In this document: positions 28,175-37,256 of the stretch, piece after piece | How positions within the stretch are numbered: the first letter of the stretch is position 1 | Layout of the letters: each line of letters starts with the position of its first letter | Assembly (NCBI GenBank): GCA_964421955.1 | Contig: CAYQYU010000001.1 | Coordinates: 64,001 to 128,000, forward strand | Length of the DNA: 64,000 bases | Reading direction: 5' to 3' | Source: an uncultured archaeon | GTDB lineage: Archaea; Nanohalarchaeota; Nanosalinia; Nanosalinales; Nanosalinaceae | Notes under the pieces: model-generated | What the model was told of the DNA's origin: nothing | The model's database searches: none | What the model saw: only the letters and a program-made list of their open reading frames with translations | Program-made: the position numbers and the translations under genes

Positions 28175-28349
28175 AGGCATTAGTCACTTGGGAGCCCACA
28201 TCGGAGCTCCCTGGATAAATTGGCGGTTGACCACCCTGTCTGAAAATCTGAATACACGTACGCGAGACGTGCTAAGAGCCGTCCCGGCACCAGCCGGGAT
28301 TACCAGGCAAATTGGCGGTAAAACCCTTCGGCAATTTTAGCTCTCATAC
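28175..28349 (-). ncRNA. Putative structured non-coding RNA of unknown family
   Basis: TATA-like TTTTTTAA at 28373-28380; several helices whose wobble pairs are G-U only on the minus strand; internal 11-nt repeat; no ORF covers it. Confidence 0.6.
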
Positions 28350-28397
28350 TAGGATTCTGGAGCAACTCAGGCTTAAAAAAGGTTCGGAACTCTGGTC

Positions 28398-29492
28398 TCA
28401 AATGTCGTTCTCCTCAACGTACTGTTCGACCTTTTCCCGGGCATCTTTTCTCTTCTGCTGGTGCTCGACAAGGAACTCTTCTATGCGGTCCTTCGCTATC
28501 TGTTTGAGTTCCCCGGAAAGCATCTCGCCGGACTTGTATTCCTGCTTGATGCGTCCCAGTTCATCATCGTCCCGGATCAGGTGGAACGCGAGCAGCTCGA
28601 AAACCATGTCCTCTTCAATCTTCGCACCCTTCTCTCTGTGCTCCTCCAGAGTATCGCGGCCGCCAGTCTTGGCCTCGTCTATCTTTTTCTTCGCCGCCTC
28701 GACCGAGTCAGTCAGTGCGATGTACGACTTCGGATTGCTCGAAGACATCTTCCCACCCTGTAGTCCGCGCATGAACTTGTTGTAGGTCGACGCGGGCTTG
28801 TAGAAGTCGAGGTCGCGGAACTTTCTAGCGACCTCACGGGTCAGTCTTATGTGAGGATCCTGGTCGACACCTACAGGAACCACTGTCGGTTTCTTGCCTC
28901 CTTTCTCCGGGAACTGCGGCCTCAGAATATCGGCGTACTGGGTCAGCGCAGACGCAATCTTTCCAGGCTCCGCGCTTCCATAGGTTGCCTCAACTTCGTT
29001 CTGGGTTAAATAGCGGGAGAACATTTTGCTCCTCACAAGGTGGTCGTTACCCGCCTTTGACTGGAAGTAGAAGTCCATTTTGTCAAGATCTATTCCCAGC
29101 GCTATGTAGTTCGTTAAGTACTCCTTTATCGCGGTCTCTCTGGCATCCTCGAGAGGTATTTCCCTTGTAGCGTATGACTCTATATCCGCGACGGTTAAGG
29201 TCAGGCGGGCGCCCATGTCCTGGTACATCTTCATCTGGTCGACCACAATTTTGTGACCGAAATGGGCGTCTCCCGACGGCATTATACCTGTTATAGCCGC
29301 CACTTCTTCTCCGTCTTCCCTGGAATCGAGAAATTCTTTCATGCCGCGGTGGCCGAAGATTATGCCTCTGGTTATGTACCGGTGGTCAGGCATCCTGTCC
29401 GCGATCTCATCTATAGGCGAGATACCGAACTCTTCCATCTTCTGCTTATAGTCTCCAAGTTCAACGTCTCCCCATGGGTCTATCTCTGGCAT
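28398..29492 (-). CDS. trpS: Tryptophan-tRNA ligase
   Basis: TGIMPSGDAHFGH (HIGH), VGVDQDPHIRLTR, KMSSS. Confidence 0.96.
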   Translation of the reverse strand: MPEIDPWGDVELGDYKQKMEEFGISPIDEIADRMPDHRYITRGIIFGHRGMKEFLDSREDGEEVAAITGIMPSGDAHFGHKIVVDQMKMYQDMGARLTLTVADIESYATREIPLEDARETAIKEYLTNYIALGIDLDKMDFYFQSKAGNDHLVRSKMFSRYLTQNEVEATYGSAEPGKIASALTQYADILRPQFPEKGGKKPTVVPVGVDQDPHIRLTREVARKFRDLDFYKPASTYNKFMRGLQGGKMSSSNPKSYIALTDSVEAAKKKIDEAKTGGRDTLEEHREKGAKIEEDMVFELLAFHLIRDDDELGRIKQEYKSGEMLSGELKQIAKDRIEEFLVEHQQKRKDAREKVEQYVEENDI

Positions 29493-29522
29493 ATGTAGGT
29501 AAGCGGCTAGAAGAATTTTAAA

Positions 29523-30296
29523 TCAGAGGTTGGAGGGAATCTCTATACTCTTCGCCTTCAGGCCGATTATATCCTCGTAGCCGTTGGTCGACATCAGGAC
29601 GGGATAGAAACTCTCACCCGCCCGTAACTCTTCGCCATCTTTTCTCGCAAAGACTTCTCCCTTTTCAACCAGTTCAAAGTTCCTGCCTAGGAACTCGTAT
29701 CCCTTTCCGGGAACATCTTCGATGTACTCGTAGAATTCTGGATCCGACCTCTCGAACTCCGCATCTATAACTCCCTCGGATGCAAGAAAATTGACCAAGA
29801 TTTCATAGGCCATCTCGGCCGCCTCCTCAGTTCCCTGCGGACCCACCTCGACTATGACTCCTTCCGCACAGGTTCTAGTTGTTCCAGAACTCTCGGGAAA
29901 ACGCACCGCATTCGGGACACCAGTGGATCTCACCATCGAAATCACCGTGTCATCGAGCTCCGAAAAGTTTGTGAACGGTACTGGCTGGGAACGTGTGGAG
30001 TGAATGTCCAGCAGTTTCGTGCCTTTTATCTCCGCGTTTATCTCGGCTGCCAGACGCTCCTCATATAAACCACTTTCTGGATTGCCTGGAAAAGACCGGT
30101 TGAGATCTGTATCTATGAAACGTGTGTCTTTTTCGAGTGCTTTCTCGTTCGCGATAACGAACTTTACAGGGATTTTGACGTTCCAGCCCTTAGAAAGAAA
30201 CCGCTCGATAGCCTTCTTTCCACAGGGCTCGTCGCCGTGTACCGAGCCCACAACACAGTACTCGGCTTCTCCATCTCCAAGTTTCTCTACCTTCAT
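29523..30296 (-). CDS. Succinylglutamate desuccinylase/aspartoacylase-family (M14-like) zinc hydrolase
   Basis: HGDE, DLNRSFPG, LDIHST motifs. Confidence 0.88.
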   Translation of the reverse strand: MKVEKLGDGEAEYCVVGSVHGDEPCGKKAIERFLSKGWNVKIPVKFVIANEKALEKDTRFIDTDLNRSFPGNPESGLYEERLAAEINAEIKGTKLLDIHSTRSQPVPFTNFSELDDTVISMVRSTGVPNAVRFPESSGTTRTCAEGVIVEVGPQGTEEAAEMAYEILVNFLASEGVIDAEFERSDPEFYEYIEDVPGKGYEFLGRNFELVEKGEVFARKDGEELRAGESFYPVLMSTNGYEDIIGLKAKSIEIPSNL

Positions 30297-30332
30297 AAAG
30301 TCTCACTTTGAGCGCAGGCGGGATTTAAATTT

Positions 30333-31505
30333 TTACGAGTATTTCTCCAGGGCTTCCAGAACGGGCAGTGGCTCCCCCGACATGTATCTGACGAATGCTC
30401 CTCCTGCTATCGAGACATGAGAGAAGTCGTCAAGACTGTGGTCGAAACGCTGTACCAGTGACGATGTATGGCCTCCACCCAGTACCGTGAAACTGTCGCT
30501 TGAGGCTATAGCATCTACTATTGCCCTAGTGCCCTCCGGGTAATCCTCGAAGGCTCCCATGGGGCCCTTCATAACTATTGAATCGGCTTCTCTCATCTCC
30601 TCCACAAATCTTTCCTGCGTCTTCTTCCCAATATCCCAGGTCATCTCGTCTTCCGGGACCTCTTCTACACTGTAGTTTCCAGAGTCGGTCCTGACGTCTT
30701 CCGGGAGGACAATCTTGTCACCGTGCTGCTCTATCAGCTCCATCAACTCTTTTTCGTTGCCGTCGAAGCCCTGTTCCTCTATCCACTCTGCCTTTTTCCC
30801 CAGATCATTCCCCTCAAGCTTCAGGGCCAGTTCTCCCGGTATTCCCCCGAGAAGCACTTTTTCCGCTCTATCAATCATCTGCTCCATCATGCCGATCAGA
30901 TCCGAAGGTTTCTCTCCGCCGAGGACAAGCAGCGGTGATTCCAGCTCGTCTCTTATCTTCCTGCAGCTCTCGGTCTCCCTTCGCAGAACAGGACCTGCAT
31001 AAGAGTCCAGCAGAGGGATAAAACCAACGAGAGAGCCATGTGACCGATGTGCTGCGGAGAAGGCATCGTTAACATAGATATCGAAGTAGGAGGACATGTT
31101 CTCGACAAAGTAGTCGTGGGAGTGCCTCTTTGCGCTCAGGGTCTGGAGCTCCTCCGAAAGAAAGCGGACGTTTTCGAGAAGCACCACCTCACCGTCTTCC
31201 ATCGACGCGACCGCTTCTCCCAGTTCCTGTCCAAAAAAGCACCTGACAAAGCCGATCGGTTGATCGAGTTCTTCCGACATCAGTTCGGCATGTCCCTCAA
31301 GCGACATGAAGTCCTTTCTCGCCGGCCTTCCCTGATGCGCAACCACTAGCGTCCGGGCGCCGCGGTCGCTCAGTTCCTCAATAGTTTCGAGGTAGCGCCT
31401 GAATCTCACTGTCTTCAGGGGAGCTCCGTTCTCAATCGGGAGATTCAGATCAGTCCGGAGCACCACTTTTTTTCCTGCTAGTTCTGTTCCGTTGAGCTTC
31501 TGCAT
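30333..31505 (-). CDS. pgk: Phosphoglycerate kinase
   Basis: RTDLNLP, HQGRP, LLENVRF, NDAFSAAHRSH, GGGHT, HVSIAGGA. Confidence 0.96.
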   Translation of the reverse strand: MQKLNGTELAGKKVVLRTDLNLPIENGAPLKTVRFRRYLETIEELSDRGARTLVVAHQGRPARKDFMSLEGHAELMSEELDQPIGFVRCFFGQELGEAVASMEDGEVVLLENVRFLSEELQTLSAKRHSHDYFVENMSSYFDIYVNDAFSAAHRSHGSLVGFIPLLDSYAGPVLRRETESCRKIRDELESPLLVLGGEKPSDLIGMMEQMIDRAEKVLLGGIPGELALKLEGNDLGKKAEWIEEQGFDGNEKELMELIEQHGDKIVLPEDVRTDSGNYSVEEVPEDEMTWDIGKKTQERFVEEMREADSIVMKGPMGAFEDYPEGTRAIVDAIASSDSFTVLGGGHTSSLVQRFDHSLDDFSHVSIAGGAFVRYMSGEPLPVLEALEKYS

Positions 31506-31712
31506 CAGATCACCAAAAATTCTATATTACGAAGTAATACTTGCTCATTTTTAAGCTTTCCATAGAGACCGGGAAGCTATAAAAGAATGGTAAACTCGAC
31601 CTTATACTACGTGATTGACATGCCAACTAAGGGTGGACGTTTTGGATGTGCCTCGATCAACTGAAGTTCTAAACCCTCACTCTAGACCTACTTCTCCAGG
31701 GATGCACCAGAG

Positions 31713-33446
31713 ATGAGCGATAATACTGTAGGGAAACTGAAGGAGCTGGCGAAGCGGCGCGGGTTCTTCCTTCCCTCAAACGAAGTCTACGGGGGAACCG
31801 CAGGATTCTACACCTTTGGACCTAACGGTGCCGCTCTGAAGAGAAATATAGAGGACGCCTGGCGCGAGAGGTTCACCTATGGCGAGGGTCACCGCGAAAT
31901 CGAATCCCCCACCGTAATGCCCGAGGCAGTTTTCGAGGCCTCCGGACACCTTGAAGGCTTCGACGATATGATAATAGATTGCGAGGAGTGCCAGACCTCG
32001 CACCGGGCCGATCATCTAATAGAGGACAATACCGATATTGAGGAGGCTGAGTCGCTTCCTGTTGAAAAAGTCGCGGAACTCATTTCGGAAAACAACATCC
32101 AATGTCCGAACTGTGGTTCAGAACTCGCTGGAGCAGAGGTAGAGGACTTCAACCTGATGTTTGAGACCAACATAGGTCCCGGATCATCGAGCCCGGGCTA
32201 CCTGAGACCGGAGACCGCGCAGGGAATATTCGTTGAATTCCCGCAGCTGAAAGAATATGCGCGCAACCAGCTGCCGTTCGGAATAACACAGATCGGGAAG
32301 GCCTACAGGAACGAGATTTCGCCGAGAAAATCCATCATCCGCGTAAGAGAGTTCACACAGGCAGAGCTCGAGCACTTCATCGACCCTGAAGAGGACGAGC
32401 CAGAACTTGGGCACGTAGAGGAGGTGGAAGTAGAACTCTACCCGATCTCCGAGCAGGAGAAAGAAGACGGCGAAATCATAACTACAACTATTGGAGATGC
32501 TGTGGAGGACGGTATTATCGAGAGTGATTGGATCGGCTACTATCTCGGCATCACGAAGAAATGGTACGAATCGCTTGGCGTCAACATGGAAAAGTTCCGG
32601 TTCCGGCAGCACCTTGAAGGTGAGCGGGCGCATTACTCAGAGGACTGCTGGGATGCTGAAGCCTTCGTCGCGAACGACTGGGTGGAGCTTGCAGGCTTCT
32701 CTTACAGGGGATGCTATGATGTCAGCAAGCACCAGGAACACTCCTGCGAAGATTTCACTGTCTTCAAACCCTACGACGAGCCGAAAACCGTCGAGAAGGT
32801 AACTGTAAGTCCGGACATGGGCTTCCTGGGCCCGGAGTTTGGCGACCAGGCTGGAGAGATTGCGGAAGAGCTTGAAAGACTCGCAGAAGAGGAACCCAAG
32901 AGGTTTGAAGAAAACGACGAGATAGAGATGGAGATCGACGGCGATAATGTGGAAGTTCCGGTTGAGAAGATCGGATTCGCGAGGGAAGACGTTGAAGAAG
33001 CAGGCGAACACGTACTGCCCCACGTCGTCGAACCCTCCTTCGGTGTTGACAGGCTTCTCTACACGGTCTTGGAACACAGCTACGACGAGGATGAGGTCGA
33101 CGACGAGGCAAGGAAAGTTCTCAGGATCAAGCCGGATATCGCGCCTCTAGATGTCGCGGTGTTCCCGTTAATGGACAGGGAGGGCATGGGAGAGAAAGCC
33201 AGAGAACTCGCCGGAGAACTCAGGAACCGGGGTTTCTCGGTGAAGTACGACGACTCCGGTGCGATCGGCCGGAGGTACAGGCGGCAGGACGAGATCGGGA
33301 CTCCAGTATGTGTCACGGTTGACCACCAGAGCCTGGAAGACGGTACAGTTACCCTGAGAGACAGGGACTCAACCCACCAGGTCCGGGTAGATATCGAGAA
33401 TCTCGAGAGCAGACTTCGAGAGTTCCTGGAGACCGGAGAATTCTAG
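31713..33446 (+). CDS. glyS: Glycine-tRNA ligase (alpha2 type)
   Basis: YLRPETAQGIF, YRNEISPR, REFTQAE, PHVVEPSFGVDR, IGRRYRRQDEIG. Confidence 0.96.
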   Translation: MSDNTVGKLKELAKRRGFFLPSNEVYGGTAGFYTFGPNGAALKRNIEDAWRERFTYGEGHREIESPTVMPEAVFEASGHLEGFDDMIIDCEECQTSHRADHLIEDNTDIEEAESLPVEKVAELISENNIQCPNCGSELAGAEVEDFNLMFETNIGPGSSSPGYLRPETAQGIFVEFPQLKEYARNQLPFGITQIGKAYRNEISPRKSIIRVREFTQAELEHFIDPEEDEPELGHVEEVEVELYPISEQEKEDGEIITTTIGDAVEDGIIESDWIGYYLGITKKWYESLGVNMEKFRFRQHLEGERAHYSEDCWDAEAFVANDWVELAGFSYRGCYDVSKHQEHSCEDFTVFKPYDEPKTVEKVTVSPDMGFLGPEFGDQAGEIAEELERLAEEEPKRFEENDEIEMEIDGDNVEVPVEKIGFAREDVEEAGEHVLPHVVEPSFGVDRLLYTVLEHSYDEDEVDDEARKVLRIKPDIAPLDVAVFPLMDREGMGEKARELAGELRNRGFSVKYDDSGAIGRRYRRQDEIGTPVCVTVDHQSLEDGTVTLRDRDSTHQVRVDIENLESRLREFLETGEF

Positions 33447-33511
33447 GCTGGTAAAAGCCTCTGTACTCTAACGAAACTAGTTTGATAAAACCTCTCTCCG
33501 CAACATTTTCC

Positions 33512-34408
33512 ATGGCCGAATGTTCAAAGTGCGGGAAGGAGTCTATGTCTTTCACCTGCCGCTACTGCGGCAAGAAGTTCTGTTCCTCGCACCGATTACC
33601 TGAAAACCACGATTGCGAGAAGATGGAGGAAGAGGTTGAGAGACAGCGCGAGGAGACGGATAGATGGTTCCAAGAAAAAGATGTGCGCGACGATTTAAAG
33701 CCCAATGAGCCCAGAAAGCCATCAGCGCTTGAAGACATGGCAAAAACTCTAACCGGTAGCGCCACACTCGGCATAATAACCATTACTGTGCTGGCCTTCC
33801 TGGTCCAGGGCTACTCTTCCGGCTTCACAGATCTTATGCTCTTGAACCCTTCACTTGACGCAATCCTTTCCCGACCATGGACCCTAGTAACAGTAATGAT
33901 TGTTCACGCAGGCTTCTTCCATATCTTCGCGAACATGGTGACTTTCTACTTCTTTGGAACACCGCTTGAGCGTATAGTAGGGCGCCGCGACCTCCTCGTG
34001 TTCTACATCGGTTCCGGAGTACTGGCCTCGATAGGCTACGTTGTCTTCAGGAATATTCTTCTCCAGTTCTACGGCTCGACTCTCGGAGGAGTACCAACAC
34101 TCGGAGTTGCCGTGGGAGCATCCGGTGCAGTAGTCGCCGTCTTTGCCGCCATCGCGGTGCTTTATCCCGAGGCGGAGGTGCTGCTCTACTTCTTCATCCC
34201 GATGAAGATCAGGACCGCGCTCTACCTTTTCGCAGGAGTTGAAGGCATCAACCTCCTTACAAAGACGGTCGGGATCACGCTGCCCCTGATAGGGAACTTC
34301 GCCTCCTCCGCACACCTCACAGGTCTCTTAGTAGGAGTCTGGTACGGCCGGAGGCTCAGGCAGAAGTACAACACGAAGACAGGAGTGCTGGATCTTCTGG
34401 GTTACTGA
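33512..34408 (+). CDS. Rhomboid intramembrane protease with N-terminal AN1 zinc finger
   Basis: CSKC...CRYCGKKFCSSHRLPENHDC; HIFANM, GASG, AHLTG; likely start ATG 33512. Confidence 0.92.
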   Translation: MAECSKCGKESMSFTCRYCGKKFCSSHRLPENHDCEKMEEEVERQREETDRWFQEKDVRDDLKPNEPRKPSALEDMAKTLTGSATLGIITITVLAFLVQGYSSGFTDLMLLNPSLDAILSRPWTLVTVMIVHAGFFHIFANMVTFYFFGTPLERIVGRRDLLVFYIGSGVLASIGYVVFRNILLQFYGSTLGGVPTLGVAVGASGAVVAVFAAIAVLYPEAEVLLYFFIPMKIRTALYLFAGVEGINLLTKTVGITLPLIGNFASSAHLTGLLVGVWYGRRLRQKYNTKTGVLDLLGY

Positions 34409-35353
34409 CTACTCAAGCTCTATGTTGTAGATACCGTTTCTCACTTCTTCATCCGCTATCAAACTTACCGTTTCATCAAGGTCATCAAGTGAGTCCTCGT
34501 ATACAGGCTCTCCGTTCTCGTATACTACCAGCTTTCCATCGCTATATTCGGCGTCGAGAGAATCCAGTTCCAGGAAAGTAGTGTCCAGAAGTACGGTGCA
34601 GCCTTCTCTAGTTTCTGTCACGTCCGCAAAAATCGGGCTGAACTCTCCAGCCTCCTCTAGCTCGTTTTCGTCTCGTACGTATTCGTTCATATCCATCTCT
34701 GGGTTAGCAACTATCTCATCTGAGGGAGTTCTAAGACTTGCTGCAGGAATTTTCCTAGGTATCTCTCTGTTGGCGTAAACCGGGACCAGGAAGTTGTTTA
34801 GGATTGCCTGATCCTCAACAGCGTCCAAGTAGTCCTGCCTCGCCTCTTCTATTTCCTCCTCCAACTGCTCTTCATCTATCGAATCCTCCTGGATAAATCT
34901 TTGTGAGACCACCTGCATATTCTCAAGACGATCCAGCAGTTCAGTGTGCGTTTTCAGAGTTACAGGATACATATGAGGGTCCTCTGTGAACCGCATAAAC
35001 GCCGCAACTCTATCATCGCCTCCAAGAAGCTCAAGAAGTTCCTCGTTCACAAAGACAGGATTCTCCTCATCCTTCTCGGCCAGCTCCTCCTTGAAACGAA
35101 GAGCAGCCTCCCAAGCTTTTCTTTCAGCATCTTCGATAGTGTCGCTGAGAATTATTGAAGTAGTGATATCTTTTGCCAGCACATAGGCTCCGGTCGTAAC
35201 TGCGTCAAGCGGAGGATCATCATAACGTCGGAATTCAGCATTAACAGCTGTCTCGCCGCTCAAAGGCTCATCAAGAAAGTCCGGCTCTCCAAGAGGTTCA
35301 AGCTCATCCTCTCCAACTATATTGTCCAAAGTAGCACGGTCCCGTGCACTCAT
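34409..35353 (-). CDS. Hypothetical acidic protein, possible degenerate C-terminal Hsp20-like domain
   Basis: Long acidic ORF; C-terminus FADVTET...EVRNGIYNIELE. Confidence 0.7.
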   Translation of the reverse strand: MSARDRATLDNIVGEDELEPLGEPDFLDEPLSGETAVNAEFRRYDDPPLDAVTTGAYVLAKDITTSIILSDTIEDAERKAWEAALRFKEELAEKDEENPVFVNEELLELLGGDDRVAAFMRFTEDPHMYPVTLKTHTELLDRLENMQVVSQRFIQEDSIDEEQLEEEIEEARQDYLDAVEDQAILNNFLVPVYANREIPRKIPAASLRTPSDEIVANPEMDMNEYVRDENELEEAGEFSPIFADVTETREGCTVLLDTTFLELDSLDAEYSDGKLVVYENGEPVYEDSLDDLDETVSLIADEEVRNGIYNIELE

Positions 35354-35388
35354 CTACACATGTTATTGCCGAAGAGAAGTTAAAAATT

Positions 35389-35928
35389 CTACGGAGTAAC
35401 CCGTTCGACTTCATAGTAGGTGACGCCTCCTTCTGAATCCACGACACCCCATAGCATCTTTGCGCGGATGTTGTGCGCGAGTCTTACAGCGCGGGACATT
35501 TCCTGGAAGCTGAGTGTGTGGTTCTCGGGAACAGCGTGGACCACCCACTTTGTGTGCTCCTTCTGCTTCTTGGGCCCCTCCTTGTACGGGTTGACGCCTC
35601 TCGGGTAAACGCGAAAGTGGGTGCCGAACTTGAAGCCGCTCTTCACTATGTAGCCCCTGTCTCTTAGATCGTCGTAGACCTTGTACGTGTGGTCGAACTC
35701 GTCGTCGATCAACGAGAAACGGGAGTAAAGCTCGTCCCGGGAAAGTTCCTCCCCGTTCTCCTTGACCTCGAGTTCTTCACGGTCGACAAGGTGCATCGCC
35801 TCCACGGGCGAAAGTTCGAGGACATCGTCGTTCTGGTATTTGCCGTAGTAGAACTCCTCATATACTTCCTCCGCATCTTTTTCATCCTCTACGCGGACGC
35901 GGGATTCCACAAGTTTTCCGGCTGTCAT
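35389..35928 (-). CDS. endA: tRNA-intron splicing endonuclease
   Basis: LELSPVEAMHL, YKVYDDLRDRGYIVKSGFKFGTHFRVY, EH, RLAHNIR; likely start ATG 35928. Confidence 0.93.
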   Translation of the reverse strand: MTAGKLVESRVRVEDEKDAEEVYEEFYYGKYQNDDVLELSPVEAMHLVDREELEVKENGEELSRDELYSRFSLIDDEFDHTYKVYDDLRDRGYIVKSGFKFGTHFRVYPRGVNPYKEGPKKQKEHTKWVVHAVPENHTLSFQEMSRAVRLAHNIRAKMLWGVVDSEGGVTYYEVERVTP

Positions 35929-35963
35929 ACTACTAGCGGAGCATATGAAACTTTTAAAGCTGG

Positions 35964-36545
35964 CTAGAACCAACTAGAGCCTTCTCTTTGAAGTTCAAAA
36001 TTATCATCCTTGGTCTCTTCAAAGTAGTCTGACACCGTGTCGCCTCTAAGCACAGCCGCGGCCATCTCATCGAAGGCAGTTGAATAGACTAGTACATTGT
36101 CTTCCGACCCTGCAAAGCCAAAGGTGTAGGTATTAATCCCCTCCTTGTTGCCCGATACCTCTGCTAGATGCTCCGCCATCGATCCCAGAAAGTCTTCTCC
36201 AGCCTCTGAAACATATCCTCTAGTATCAAGTACGGCCTCAACATCTTCTCCAGAGAAATCATCTCGCACAGGTACTCTATAATCTATCTCAGTGACCTCA
36301 TAAGAGCCCCCTAAATTACTACCGCTAACGTTAACGGACCAAGTCAACTCTTCAGCCACTAGTTCTTCAAATTCAAGATCTTCAATATCTCTTCTTACTC
36401 TCTCAGCTGGCTCAGCAATATCTTTTTCCAACTGATTCTCGTTCTTTTCCCTGCCTAGATGTGACGGGACTAGAACAATACCTCCAATACCCAGACCCAA
36501 GCCTCCAGCCACTCCCAAAGTACCAATAAGCTTTCTGCGCCTCAT
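35964..36545 (-). CDS. Hypothetical exported protein with RR-type N-terminus
   Basis: MRRRKLIG plus hydrophobic/Gly stretch (Tat-like); acidic body. Confidence 0.7.
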   Translation of the reverse strand: MRRRKLIGTLGVAGGLGLGIGGIVLVPSHLGREKNENQLEKDIAEPAERVRRDIEDLEFEELVAEELTWSVNVSGSNLGGSYEVTEIDYRVPVRDDFSGEDVEAVLDTRGYVSEAGEDFLGSMAEHLAEVSGNKEGINTYTFGFAGSEDNVLVYSTAFDEMAAAVLRGDTVSDYFEETKDDNFELQREGSSWF

Positions 36546-36569
36546 GTGATCTTTTACTACCGTAAGATA

Positions 36570-37232
36570 TTAAAAACTATCAAGATCGCTCTGCTCAGAT
36601 TCCTCTATTATGCGCTGGCAGGTCTTCCACGACCTTCTGGCCTCTTCAGGAAGATCGCCGAACTCTTCCAGGTACTGCTTCAGGAACTCTGTAACCTCTT
36701 CATCGTGCGCGTAACCCGACTTGAAGTCGAAGCCGTACTTTTGCTTCAGCTCCTCAACGTGCTTCTCGCGGGCGCTCTTCGCCACGATTGACGCCGCGGA
36801 CACGACAGGATACTCGTCGTCCGCACCGTGCTCCGCGATGAAATCCGCCTCTTCAAACCGGGGTGGAAGCTCTTTTTTCAGCTTCTTGATAAAACGGTCG
36901 CCGTCCGGCTCGGGGAGATCCACGATGACACGATCAGCGCCGGATTCCTCGATTACATTTGCAAAGGCCTGTACTTCTATCTCGTTGAGATTCATGACCT
37001 GCCTGAGTTCATCGATCTCGGAGGCGGTGATCTCCTTCAGGAAGAAGTCGTCGATCTCATCCAGTTCTTCACGTATAGATTCTCTTTTCTTATCGGACAG
37101 CTTCTTCGAATCCTTGACCCCTAACTCTCTCAACTTCTCTACCCGGGATTCGTCGACCAGAAACCCCGCGACGAACATGGAGCCTATTGCGGGGCCTCTT
37201 CCTGCCTCGTCAACTCCGAGAATTTTAGCCAT
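36570..37232 (-). CDS. rnhB: Ribonuclease HII
   Basis: GVDEAGRGP, DSKKL, VSAASIVAK. Confidence 0.96.
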   Translation of the reverse strand: MAKILGVDEAGRGPAIGSMFVAGFLVDESRVEKLRELGVKDSKKLSDKKRESIREELDEIDDFFLKEITASEIDELRQVMNLNEIEVQAFANVIEESGADRVIVDLPEPDGDRFIKKLKKELPPRFEEADFIAEHGADDEYPVVSAASIVAKSAREKHVEELKQKYGFDFKSGYAHDEEVTEFLKQYLEEFGDLPEEARRSWKTCQRIIEESEQSDLDSF

Positions 37233-37256
37233 AAATCTTCTTTGTCCACTAGATTA

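Noticed and set aside
28175-28349. RNase P, SRP, 5S, group I intron, twister or fluoride riboswitch identity for the ncRNA
   Set aside because: No GAGGAAAGUCC/CR-V, no SRP helix-8 motif, no 5S pattern, no R/S elements; resemblance to the others is only partial
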